A DNA stretch of 64,000 nucleotides. Source: a virus (taxonomy: Duplodnaviria; Caudoviricetes). The translations under genes were made by a program, and so were the position numbers. The stretch lies in IMG/VR virus record IMGVR_UViG_3300028048_002144; one strand, 5' to 3'. Positions within the stretch are counted from its first letter, which is position 1; each line of letters opens with the position of its first letter. This document shows, in pieces, positions 1 through 9,713 of this stretch. The notes beneath the pieces are model-generated. The model made no database searches. It had not been told where the DNA came from and saw only the letters and a program-made list of their open reading frames with translations.

Positions 1-1761
1 ATCTTTCGAACAATAGATTATATTTGAGTGGATCAAGTCCAGTAATTCCAAGTAAATATACTACTAACGAACCAGCTCCAGATCCTCTTCCTACTCCAGT
101 ACCCTGTCCTATTTTGAAATTATGCTCTTTTACATATTTCTTTGCTTCTTCGATAGTTAATGGTACTTCGTCTAATAGTTCATCTGGAACTACTCCGATA
201 ACTCTACCATATTCAATGAAATCTTTTACGATTAAGAAATAATCGTTATATCCCATTTCATTGATAACGCTTAATTCGTATTCTACTCGTTCCTTGTGGG
301 CTTTTGTCCAACCAGATAATCCTGGGTATTTTTCTTTATACCTTCTATAACCGCCTTTTTAAGAAGCATTTTGCTGTCTTTTGTTTTATCGAATACTGGA
401 TAATGTCCCTCTCTCTCTGGAGTGAATTCGATTTTAATCTTATTTAGATTAAGCATAGCTTCTTTTACAGTTTCTGCATCAAAGATCTGCAATAATGCAT
501 ATGCTAGTTCATTTGGTGACTTGATATAAAGTTCCTTATCCCACGGTTCGTCCGAAATGCGCTCAAATCGGAGATATCTGGCTACAGAGCGTTTAGTAAT
601 AGATGAAACGGAATTATCCGGCAAATGGCTATCATTTGCGGCAATTAGAGGTATCTTATTATCTTTAGCAATCTTTACTAATGCTGTATAAAGAGTTTCC
701 TCTTCTACCATACCATGATTCTGAATTTCAATGAAGAAATTATCTTTGCCTACTCTATCTCTTACTAATGCAATAATTCTAGTGGCAGCTTCAAAAGCTT
801 CTTTTTCTGAAAACAAAATATGCTGTTTTTCAATACTGATTCTTATTGATTCATTTTTGCTGTATTTCTTTTCTAGTTCATCAAGTTCAGCTTTAAATTT
901 TTTCTTATTCAGATTAGCCTCTTTGATAGCATCTTTGTTTTCTCCAAGTCTTTTATCCTTAGATACTTTTAAGTCCTCTTTTGAGGCTTTTAATAGCTTT
1001 ATTTCATTTTCGTCTTTTTTAGCTTTTGCATTTCTTAAATCGTTTGAAATGTCTGTATTCAATTTACAATACTCTTCTTTAAGAGTATTCTCTTTTTCTT
1101 TTAAATTTTCTATCAAAACATCCATCTGTTTAATAGAGTCATTTAAAGAACTTACCTTCTCACTAATTGAAGGATCATAATTATCCTTATTTGCATTATA
1201 GACTTTGTTAAGGCTACAATATCTTCTTAACTGAAGTGATGGCAAACCTTGAATACAAGCTGTTGTTATTACAACGGAATCGTTGAACTCTGTTGCTAAC
1301 AAATCTTCGAACTTAATTGCCGGTTTCCCTGCATGCATTGCTTCGCTTTTAGACACCAGTTTATCTATGATTCTTTTTCCCTGCTTATTTTTAGCAAGCA
1401 TTATCATATGTGCTACTGCTGTCTGCGCATCATACGGTGGACAAGTGACATATGCTTCTGTACCGTAAATAATATGCACGTTTTCTTTCTTCGCAGCTTT
1501 TAAGCACTGGAACATTGACGTAAATGAACCATGCTCTGTTACTGTGAAATATTCATAGCCTTTTTCTTTAGCTTTACGCACATATTTACTCGGTTCATCT
1601 ACAGCATCATTTACAGAACCACCTGGGTGATTATGCAAAGATACTTTTACCTCAGAATTAAAATCAATCCCTGTTTTTGTTTTTACAATCTCATTGATCT
1701 TTCCTTCTGGAAGATTAAAATATTTCGCTTTGTCTTCTGTATAATTTTTATACTCTAACAT
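1..1761 (-). CDS. dnaE: DNA polymerase III alpha subunit (DnaE-type), N-terminal part; split by a -1 frameshift near 329-333 and running off the window
   Basis: ORF 283..1761 has PHP motifs ([29 protein letters not shown]). The -1 frame from ~331 to 1 reads [56 protein letters not shown], the DnaE core. Confidence 0.92.
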
Positions 1762-1822
1762 GAAGCTCTCCTTTCTTTTCTTAAAAATCTAATATTAATA
1801 TGAATGATTTTTATAAAAGAAA

Positions 1823-1845
1823 ACCTACTGTGGTTAACAGTAGGT
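1823..1845 (-). terminator. Intrinsic terminator
   Basis: ACCTACTG/CAGTAGGT stem followed by a T-run on the minus strand. Confidence 0.7.
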
Positions 1846-1852
1846 ATCTAAA

Positions 1853-2065
1853 TTATTTTTTATTGTTTCTTCTTGGATCAAAAATTCCCGTTCTTGAAAA
1901 CGTTGCATTCTTCATATCATCTGGTTCAACTCCACCAATTTTGCTATACGAAGAATTCTTTTTTCGTACTTCTTGAGATAGCATTGGTATATCTGGATTT
2001 TTAACCGGATATTCCATGTTATTTGTGTTAAATTGAGATGCTCCTCCAAAAATATTATCAAACAT
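1853..2065 (-). CDS. Hypothetical protein
   Basis: 70-aa ORF with AAAGGAA RBS. Confidence 0.6.
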   Translation of the reverse strand: MFDNIFGGASQFNTNNMEYPVKNPDIPMLSQEVRKKNSSYSKIGGVEPDDMKNATFSRTGIFDPRRNNKK

Positions 2066-2085
2066 TTTCCTGTTCCTTTCTATTA

Positions 2086-3528
2086 CTATTTCACATTAAT
2101 AGCTGTTATTACTGAACATCCGTATTTCTGTTCTTTTTTAGCAGTCCATATATCAATTTCTGACGGTGTTTTTAAGTTATCTATTTCTTTTAATTCGTTC
2201 TGGATACCGTTTCTATCCGCAGATATAATAGCTACAAAAACAGCTTCTAACATATCTCTGGATATATTTTTTGCACGTTCTAAACGTCTACAATTCTCTT
2301 TATTCTTAAAGCAATCCATTTCTTGTGCTTTTACAAATATCTGTTCAATTCTTTTCTCATCTGTTTTACTGATATTATTGGTTTTATCTTTTTTAATATC
2401 TTCCAGGATAAAATTTTTAGCATCTTCGTTATTCAAGATAATAATTTTATTCTTTCCAGATTTTTTGGCTTTATACAAAATATCATCTGCTCTTTTAATA
2501 AAAGTATGAATATCTTCATTGGCTGCATATTTTGTAACACCACCAGAAAAAGTGATTCTATCCTGTACGTCTGGATAAGAACTATTTCTAAAGATACTAT
2601 GAATTCGGTCTAATACTGTAACTATTTCATTTTCTTTTTTATTCAAGAAAATAATACCGAACTCTTCTCCACCATATCTTGTTGGAATAATCTCTTCCGA
2701 AGATTCATTATTCAAGATCTGACCTAAATGCTTTAGAACTTCATTTCCCTTTTCATGTCCGTATTCATCATTTACTTTCTTAAAATCATCAATATCTAGT
2801 ATTGCGAAATAAATCTCTGTTTTATTTTTTATTTCTTCTGTTATTTTCATTTCCATAAAAGCATGATTGTATACATTTGTCAGTTCATCTTGAATTGATT
2901 TTTTGTACCATATAGTCGCTTTTTGTTCTTTCGCTATTATGAACTTTTCTTTTTCTTTTTCATGTTTGATCATAATGTTAGTCAATACATATCCTAATAA
3001 GAATATTGCAAAAGTAATTAACACATTATGATTAAAATTTTTAGGTAATGGAGTTATAGATATTTCTGCAGTTACTATCAATATTGTTAAGATGCTTAAT
3101 ATGATATGGAAAATGTTTTTCGTTATTACTAGATTTCCATATATAATTGATACGAATAATGGTACTACAAATAACAAATACAATGCCGAAAACATATAAT
3201 GTAGATAAACTATATTTGTAATAATTACAATTAGCTCTATTAAAGGTAAGGCATTCTTTATTTCGTTTGTTATTGTCTTTTGTGCTATTAGCATTCTTGT
3301 AAATATATGCATCGTTAAATTTATTGATGTAGGGAATATAACTCCACCCCATACATTTCTTTTGACATCCAAATATTTTGCGAATACTACAAAAAATAGA
3401 ATTTCAAATATACATTGCAAGACGATGTTGATGAAATTCATTTTAAGTAGGTCGTTTCGCCAATTAGTAAGGATATCTTCATAGTTTTGTTTTGTTTTCA
3501 TAAAAATAATCCTATTAAAAATAATCAA
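2086..3528 (-). CDS. Membrane-bound GGDEF diguanylate cyclase
   Basis: N-terminal TM helices; DELTNVYN, DIDDFKKVNDEYGHEKGNEVL, RYGGEEF, AKKSGKN motifs; start may be 3501. Confidence 0.92.
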   Translation of the reverse strand: MIIFNRIIFMKTKQNYEDILTNWRNDLLKMNFINIVLQCIFEILFFVVFAKYLDVKRNVWGGVIFPTSINLTMHIFTRMLIAQKTITNEIKNALPLIELIVIITNIVYLHYMFSALYLLFVVPLFVSIIYGNLVITKNIFHIILSILTILIVTAEISITPLPKNFNHNVLITFAIFLLGYVLTNIMIKHEKEKEKFIIAKEQKATIWYKKSIQDELTNVYNHAFMEMKITEEIKNKTEIYFAILDIDDFKKVNDEYGHEKGNEVLKHLGQILNNESSEEIIPTRYGGEEFGIIFLNKKENEIVTVLDRIHSIFRNSSYPDVQDRITFSGGVTKYAANEDIHTFIKRADDILYKAKKSGKNKIIILNNEDAKNFILEDIKKDKTNNISKTDEKRIEQIFVKAQEMDCFKNKENCRRLERAKNISRDMLEAVFVAIISADRNGIQNELKEIDNLKTPSEIDIWTAKKEQKYGCSVITAINVK

Positions 3529-3609
3529 CGTATCAATATTAATATGACTGATTGAGAAAACAAAAAAGCCTTACTAGCATATCGCTAGTAAGACTTTGTA
3601 AAAGGAGGG

Positions 3610-3738
3610 CTACTTTTCTTCCTGATCCTCGCTCATGTAATGAACCATATCCAGGAAAAGTGAGATTGCTCCTGCATTCTTTTCGTTAACTTCAATTGAT
3701 CTCTTCTTGTTAACTTCGTTTTCGTTCTGCTTTGCCAT
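3610..3738 (-). CDS. Small protein, 42 aa (not in ORF track)
   Basis: AGAAAGGAG RBS; MAKQNENEVNKKRSIEVNEKNAGAISLFLDMVHYMSEDQEEK; own promoter motif at 3823 and downstream hairpin. Confidence 0.7.
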   Translation of the reverse strand: MAKQNENEVNKKRSIEVNEKNAGAISLFLDMVHYMSEDQEEK

Positions 3739-3856
3739 AATAGGCTCCTTTCTTCTTCCTGCTTGGCAGGAGCTACAAGCAGGGATTCTAACTCCTTGCT
3801 TTCAATTATTTTCTACATTATTTATATGACAGATTTTTTTATCATTTTTTGAGGAA

Positions 3857-4558
3857 TTAAAATGTTACAGAATTTCTTTCTACAAACATCTTAGGAATCT
3901 TCTTTATCTTTTTAATTCCTTTCTTTTCTTGTAATCTGTTATACACTAAATTTGCTGTTACATCAGCTGCTCGAATCATCTTATTCTTTGCTTTGTTTGA
4001 TTTTAGATATAAGACTTCTACGCCATTTGCATGAGGAAACATCGGTGGGTAATGAACAGAAAAATCATTATTGTATGTACCACGAATAAAAATTTGTTCT
4101 AAGCTTTCTTTTATATCAGCTTTAGAATCAATACTTTCATCGTGGTCATCCATGTAAATATCTATCTGGTCTATCTCATTAGGATTTATTTTCTTCTCTT
4201 TTATTAACTGCGATAATGTTTTGATAATTGCTCTCTTATGAGCATAATTGAGATATCTTTGTTTATCTTTCTTATCCTTAAACAAATCTTTATTGATTTC
4301 TTTTAGAGTAAAGATAATAGAGTATTTATAGCATGAAATTTTATTAACAATATTGTTTTTCTTATCCATTGGTAGCATATAACCTTTTATTTCTCCACTA
4401 GGAATATCAACTCTTATATTCTGTTCTATCTGGTTATATGTATTCTTTAACTGACTATCCTGCTTATCTCCGAGAACGATTAACCCAGAAATAACAAAAT
4501 AATCATAATGATTCCTATCAAATGTTCCCGATTCATCCGAATAAATTTTTATCTTCAT
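3857..4558 (-). CDS. DUF3800-like (RNase H-like fold) protein
   Basis: N-terminal IYSDESG and C-terminal IRAADVTAN motifs. Confidence 0.8.
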   Translation of the reverse strand: MKIKIYSDESGTFDRNHYDYFVISGLIVLGDKQDSQLKNTYNQIEQNIRVDIPSGEIKGYMLPMDKKNNIVNKISCYKYSIIFTLKEINKDLFKDKKDKQRYLNYAHKRAIIKTLSQLIKEKKINPNEIDQIDIYMDDHDESIDSKADIKESLEQIFIRGTYNNDFSVHYPPMFPHANGVEVLYLKSNKAKNKMIRAADVTANLVYNRLQEKKGIKKIKKIPKMFVERNSVTF

Positions 4559-4689
4559 ATATTGCCCCTTTCTTTTTAAAAAATCTATTAATAATATGAA
4601 TGATTTTTTATTTGATTTATATGAAAAATAAAACCCAGGAGTAATTCTCCTGGGTTTATGTAAACTATTTGCAAATCAATAATAATCTA

Positions 4690-5349
4690 TTAACTTGCCA
4701 TTCTGATTTCCTTTGTAACTGCGTCAAATACGTATACATGATCAGACAACTGTTCTTCTGGTGCAACCTGTCCAGCATTTACTTCCTGAACCATTGCAGT
4801 CATATCTTTTGGATCCTTATCCTTTACGCTGATTGCAATTACTTCATGAATAGATGAAGGAAGGATAAAGAGATCAGAGCCTACCTTCTCTGCAAGTTCT
4901 GAAAGAACATCCTTTGAGAATCCATTAATTGCTCCATTCACCCTTGATTCATTTGAGATTACATACATCATATTCTCTGGAGCGTCTTCTGGGAATGCTG
5001 CCTCAAGCATTTCAGAAGGTAAATCACTCATCATTTCTCTCATAACTTCATTCATAGTCTGTACAGTTACAGGCATCTGTTCAGCCATATTCTTCATTGC
5101 TGATTCGTGAAGTTCTTCCAAAGTAATGTTCCACATAAGCATATGCTCATTTCTAATGGTAATTGTCATAACACCATCAGATTCTTTCTTAATCAATACC
5201 TTATAGATAATAGAAAGATCTTCCATGTCTGTGTGTGGAACGTTTTCCAGCAGACTCTCATTGCGCTTTGTGTTGATGATTGCAGCAACAACATGGTCCT
5301 TTACATAATCTGCATCAGCATAAGTTACAAATTCATCCATACTAAACAT
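4690..5349 (-). CDS. DUF5688-like protein
   Basis: MYVISN..NGA, LFILPSSIHEVI, MVQEVN..LSDHVY motifs. Confidence 0.8.
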   Translation of the reverse strand: MFSMDEFVTYADADYVKDHVVAAIINTKRNESLLENVPHTDMEDLSIIYKVLIKKESDGVMTITIRNEHMLMWNITLEELHESAMKNMAEQMPVTVQTMNEVMREMMSDLPSEMLEAAFPEDAPENMMYVISNESRVNGAINGFSKDVLSELAEKVGSDLFILPSSIHEVIAISVKDKDPKDMTAMVQEVNAGQVAPEEQLSDHVYVFDAVTKEIRMAS

Positions 5350-5468
5350 AGTTTTATTCTCCTTTCAATCTATGAAAACTACATCTTAAATATGAAAGAT
5401 TTTTAGAAAAAAAATTAAAAAAATAAAGCCAGAAAAAATCTGGCTTTATATATTAAAATTAAAACAAA

Positions 5469-5861
5469 CTATGGGAGAATAGAATTAATAAGATTAAATG
5501 CGTCAAGAAATTCTTCATTAGTAGCTCCTAGACAAGAATTATGAATAGCCAAAAGCTTTTCTTTGTATACTTTCTCTGCTTGATCATATCCATTATCATA
5601 CAACTCTTTAATTCTCGTTAAAGATGCACGGAAATAAAGCTTATCTGAAATATAATCAATATATGGTTTAGTTTCTTCTAAAATATCAATAATTTGATCC
5701 ATTGTATATTTGAGTTTTTCGTGTCTTCTATCATCAAGATAGAAAACATCTATACAAAACTCTTCCATTTTTTCTGTTAATGGATGCTGTTTTTGATTAA
5801 CCCCCTGGATACAATTATACAAATCATGTCCTATTAGATTTATTAGTTCTGTGTTTTCCAT
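5469..5861 (-). CDS. Hypothetical protein
   Basis: 130-aa ORF with RBS, operonic. Confidence 0.65.
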   Translation of the reverse strand: MENTELINLIGHDLYNCIQGVNQKQHPLTEKMEEFCIDVFYLDDRRHEKLKYTMDQIIDILEETKPYIDYISDKLYFRASLTRIKELYDNGYDQAEKVYKEKLLAIHNSCLGATNEEFLDAFNLINSILP

Positions 5862-5870
5862 TAGTATCTC

Positions 5871-6068
5871 CTAATTATTGTCATCATCATATTCAACTTC
5901 TGTTATTTCTACATATTCTGAAGACTCGTCTAAGTCAAAATCTCTTTTATCTACAAATGCCTTCGCTTCTTCATATGTAGGGAATGTGCCTATTTGCTCT
6001 TGAAAATTATGATATTTATTGAATATATCTACTGCATATTTTGTTTTCATAGCATTCCTCCTATGCAA
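5871..6068 (-). CDS. Hypothetical protein
   Basis: Short ORF; probable start MKTKY after GAGGA. Confidence 0.55.
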   Translation of the reverse strand: MHRRNAMKTKYAVDIFNKYHNFQEQIGTFPTYEEAKAFVDKRDFDLDESSEYVEITEVEYDDDNN

Positions 6069-6993
6069 AAGACAGTTCTTTAACTGATACTGTTTTAGTA
6101 AGACGTTTAGCTATATTTTTTACCTTTTCTTTGTCAAATTCTACAAGAATAGCTTTTCTTTTTGTTTCTATAGCAGCTTCACCAGTAACACCAGATCCGG
6201 CAAAAGGATCTAAGATTATTTCATTTTCATTTGTAAGAAATTCAATAATCTGTTTATATAATTCTACTGGTTTTTCCGAACAAGATATTCGCTCTTTTTT
6301 AGGAACTGCCTGTACATCGAAACAAGTTGGTAGCATTCCTTTTGCTCCACTCATAAAACGTGTAGGATTTCCATTTTCATCTAATCCTCTCTGTTTATCT
6401 GGGCGTAAAGCTCTAGCTTTACCTTTAGAAAAGATCATAATATCTTCAGTATTCTTTGCACATCTTCCCGTATTAGATACAAAAGTGCCTTTCTTCCAAG
6501 GGATTTTTGCATAATACTCAAATCCACATTCCTTAGCCCAGGATTTAATCTGATACAAGTATTCAAAATTCGTAGCAGATTCTGGTGGTAATACTTCAAC
6601 TAAAAATGCTCCATCTTCTAAAACTCTTGCCTTTTCAATGAAATCTTCTTTTGTATATCTAAAAGTTTCATAGTCGGCAAAATTTCGATTTCCACCTTTA
6701 GTTGATTTCTTATCATCCCAAGGGTGATCGCATAATAGCAGCTGAATTGAATTATCCTTAATACTATCTAATTTTCTTCCGTTACCCTCAATCAGCAAAA
6801 CAGATTCATCTTCAGTAAGATAAAGACCTCTGCCTACTTTCTGAAACAAGATGCCTAGGTTTTCGTATATTCTTGCTCTTACAGATTCTGGGTTTGATTC
6901 TGGATTAACTTCATACGCTTCTTTTAAAGAAAATGATTTTCCCTTAAATACTTCTATAATATTGTTAACAATACTCATTTTATCTCCTTTCAT
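6061..6993 (-). CDS. DNA methyltransferase (N4-C/N6-A, beta-class order) with N-terminal HTH-like region
   Basis: DHPW (motif IV variant) precedes EKPVEL..ILDPFAGSG (motif I). Confidence 0.85.
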   Translation of the reverse strand: MKGDKMSIVNNIIEVFKGKSFSLKEAYEVNPESNPESVRARIYENLGILFQKVGRGLYLTEDESVLLIEGNGRKLDSIKDNSIQLLLCDHPWDDKKSTKGGNRNFADYETFRYTKEDFIEKARVLEDGAFLVEVLPPESATNFEYLYQIKSWAKECGFEYYAKIPWKKGTFVSNTGRCAKNTEDIMIFSKGKARALRPDKQRGLDENGNPTRFMSGAKGMLPTCFDVQAVPKKERISCSEKPVELYKQIIEFLTNENEIILDPFAGSGVTGEAAIETKRKAILVEFDKEKVKNIAKRLTKTVSVKELSFA

Positions 6994-7100
6994 ACTTAAA
7001 AAATCTACTTTAAATATGAATTATTTTTATAATAAAAAATACCCAGGAGCTATGCTCCTAGGTATTTATGTATTAATCGTTCGTTAATAAACGTTATTAT

Positions 7101-7475
7101 TTAGTTTTCGTCTCCGAACTTCATCTTTGCTCCACAATGACAATATGGAAATTCTTTTAAAAGGCTCATCTTTCCGTGATATTTACTACTTATTTCTCGT
7201 CCACATTCTGAACAATGATAAGTTTGAAATCCGACTGCCTGCACACCCTGGTAATCGTTAAGAATCCATTTACCTTCTTTACGCTCATCTAATTTCATTA
7301 AGGCATAATTCTCTTTGATTTTCTCAAGAATTTTACCCTGGCGATAAGCTGTGTTGAATTCTTTTACGAATGCTTCTAAATTCTTCTGTGAGATTTTGCA
7401 CATACCTAATCGGTCATACTTGGCACGAATAGTTCTTCCATCAAGTAATTCATATTCTTTAGTTTCCATTTTCAT
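7101..7475 (-). CDS. Phage-like protein with C-terminal Zn ribbon
   Basis: [18 protein letters not shown]. Confidence 0.7.
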   Translation of the reverse strand: MKMETKEYELLDGRTIRAKYDRLGMCKISQKNLEAFVKEFNTAYRQGKILEKIKENYALMKLDERKEGKWILNDYQGVQAVGFQTYHCSECGREISSKYHGKMSLLKEFPYCHCGAKMKFGDEN

Positions 7476-8298
7476 TCTCGCTTTCTGCTTTATATGGTTC
7501 AGGTTTTGGCATCCAAGCGGTTATATATTTTTCCGTTCTCTTTTCGAAAGGAAATACAGTGCCATATACAACAGTTGTTTCTCCAAATATTTGAGTAACA
7601 AGCACTTGTTGACCTTTTTCTGGCAACCTCTCACTACAAGGAATCCAGTTTCGTACAGGTATAACGGACGATAAACCTTCAATACGTTTTCTCAGCTCTG
7701 AATCTAATGTAACATCGCAACCATTACCAGTAGAATAGAATATCTGATCCATTACATCCTTTCTACTTACTGCATCATTGCAAGGTTCCGATTCTAACTT
7801 TCTTCCTAATTCATCAGCCTTACGCATATACCATTTTGTACGTTTTAGCCATTTGTTAAATTCTTCTTCATCCCCTAGTATTGTTTTAACAGCATTTTCG
7901 TCATCAAAATAATCTACTAAATTCTGATATCGTTCAATAGCTAGAGAATTGTCTTCCAGGGCTTCATCAAATCCTTTTGCGTATCCATTCTCATACTCAT
8001 TTGATACTAATTCTCTGTATTCCTTTTTAGTTAGTATCACTTCGTCTTTTTGAAGTTCTTGATCTAGTAGATGACATAACTCTAATGCTTCATCATGAGT
8101 CAATCTGTTATCCCAACATTTGTAATCACTTGCTAGTTTATAGATATGCTGTTTTGCATCTTGAAATTTTTCATAAGGTTTTTGATCTCGTTCTAAGACT
8201 TTAAGAATAATTTTATAATCATCTACATCAAGATATATCTCAGCATTATCTTTAGCTAATTCACTTTTTATGTACTTAACTATTTCTTCTTTCGTCAT
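7459..8298 (-). CDS. Phage-like protein with C-terminal DUF551-like domain
   Basis: [23 protein letters not shown]. Confidence 0.75.
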   Translation of the reverse strand: MTKEEIVKYIKSELAKDNAEIYLDVDDYKIILKVLERDQKPYEKFQDAKQHIYKLASDYKCWDNRLTHDEALELCHLLDQELQKDEVILTKKEYRELVSNEYENGYAKGFDEALEDNSLAIERYQNLVDYFDDENAVKTILGDEEEFNKWLKRTKWYMRKADELGRKLESEPCNDAVSRKDVMDQIFYSTGNGCDVTLDSELRKRIEGLSSVIPVRNWIPCSERLPEKGQQVLVTQIFGETTVVYGTVFPFEKRTEKYITAWMPKPEPYKAESENENGN

Positions 8299-8300
8299 AT

Positions 8301-8660
8301 TTATCTCTCCAGGTCTTCTTCTATTTCTTCCTCTTCTACTTCTAGACCTTCAAATGGTCCCTTAGTATCAGCATTTCCAAATACAGAAGGAAGAGGTTCT
8401 GCTTTCTTATTCTTTTCAGCTTCTTCGAGTAGTTTATCTAGGATTTCTAAACAATGCTTATATGAGCATGCTTTTGCCTCTTTTTTCTCATCAACTTCTT
8501 TTATGCCACATTTACTAGATTCACTCCAAAACTTAACTTCGTTTTCGATTTCTTCTCTAGCCTGTTTAATTCGGTGTAATAAATGATTTTTACACTCACT
8601 TGTGCAACAGAATTCTTTATAACAATTTTCACAAAACTCTGTAGTATGCCATTTACTCAT
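8301..8660 (-). CDS. Hypothetical protein
   Basis: 119-aa ORF, Cys-rich N-terminus, acidic tail ending DLER. Confidence 0.65.
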   Translation of the reverse strand: MSKWHTTEFCENCYKEFCCTSECKNHLLHRIKQAREEIENEVKFWSESSKCGIKEVDEKKEAKACSYKHCLEILDKLLEEAEKNKKAEPLPSVFGNADTKGPFEGLEVEEEEIEEDLER

Positions 8661-9021
8661 TATTCTTCACCTCTCTTTTATATGGTGAATTCCATACTTT
8701 TATTGGAATAAATACTTGCGGTTCATTATTATTAGAATAATCTTTATTAACTATCATATCATCTTGAGCAAGTGTTCCAAAATTTACGTTTGGAAACATA
8801 GTTTCAATCATTTTTCCGACTGTTATATCATCAGGGAGTATAGTTGCGTCTTCAAAAGCTTTTTCTAACATTTCTGCAGTTTCTCTTTCATAATTCCCGC
8901 ACATTGAAATATCATATTTCAAAGAGTGGTTAATATCGCATTTTACTCTCTCAAAAAAGTCATTGAATTTGTCCTGTAAATCTTTTGCAAATTCATCAGG
9001 GATATTAATACTTACGTTCAT
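8653..9021 (-). CDS. Hypothetical protein
   Basis: 122-aa ORF, operonic. Confidence 0.65.
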   Translation of the reverse strand: MNVSINIPDEFAKDLQDKFNDFFERVKCDINHSLKYDISMCGNYERETAEMLEKAFEDATILPDDITVGKMIETMFPNVNFGTLAQDDMIVNKDYSNNNEPQVFIPIKVWNSPYKREVKNNE

Positions 9022-9044
9022 TTTTATACCTCTACTTCTTACTC

Positions 9045-9584
9045 TTATCCGAAAACTTCAATCATTCCTAAAATAACAGCAGCCATATATTTATATGTCT
9101 GTCTATGGTCTATATTAGGCCCTACCCAAGAATCCTGGATTAAATGTCCAGTGCCTTCTGAGTCAAAAATCATTCTCGGGCGATCATTAATTCCGTTATA
9201 AAATTTAACTGCATATCCACCGTTTTTAACCCATTCATCTAGGTTTTTCTTAAAATCATCTACTAATATGCAAAGATTAGATCCCATCTCAACATACTTA
9301 AATTTAGAATCACCATATGGCACAAAAGTAACTGGGATTTCTTTTAATCCGTTATTTTTTAACCACTGTTTCTTTTCATCTTCTGCATATCCATTCTGAT
9401 ATACTGATGTGAGAATTCTTACCTGGTATCCAGATTCTTTAAGATAAAAAATCAGTTTCTTTACAGTAGTTTCAATTTCTCTTTTTAAGAAATATCCTGG
9501 TGATGAAACCTCTTCTAGTGTTGCTTTTTCATTCCATTTGCAAAGTACACCATCCATATCAAAATAAATCGTAACATTCTTCAT
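9045..9584 (-). CDS. HAD-superfamily 5'(3')-deoxyribonucleotidase-like protein
   Basis: YFDMDGVL, ILTS, K..WL, LVDD motifs. Confidence 0.8.
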   Translation of the reverse strand: MKNVTIYFDMDGVLCKWNEKATLEEVSSPGYFLKREIETTVKKLIFYLKESGYQVRILTSVYQNGYAEDEKKQWLKNNGLKEIPVTFVPYGDSKFKYVEMGSNLCILVDDFKKNLDEWVKNGGYAVKFYNGINDRPRMIFDSEGTGHLIQDSWVGPNIDHRQTYKYMAAVILGMIEVFG

Positions 9585-9713
9585 AAGTTCTCCTTTCTGT
9601 TTTCAAAATTCTGTTTATAATATGAATGATTTTTATTAAGGATTTTTTAGGAGTCCTGATTATCAAATTAGAGCAACAAAAAACACCCAGGAATAATTCC
9701 CAGGTGTTTTCAT

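Noticed and set aside
800-1230. Intein in DnaE (also considered for the VirD4 insert)
   Set aside because: No N-terminal splicing block, HN C-terminus or LAGLIDADG motifs
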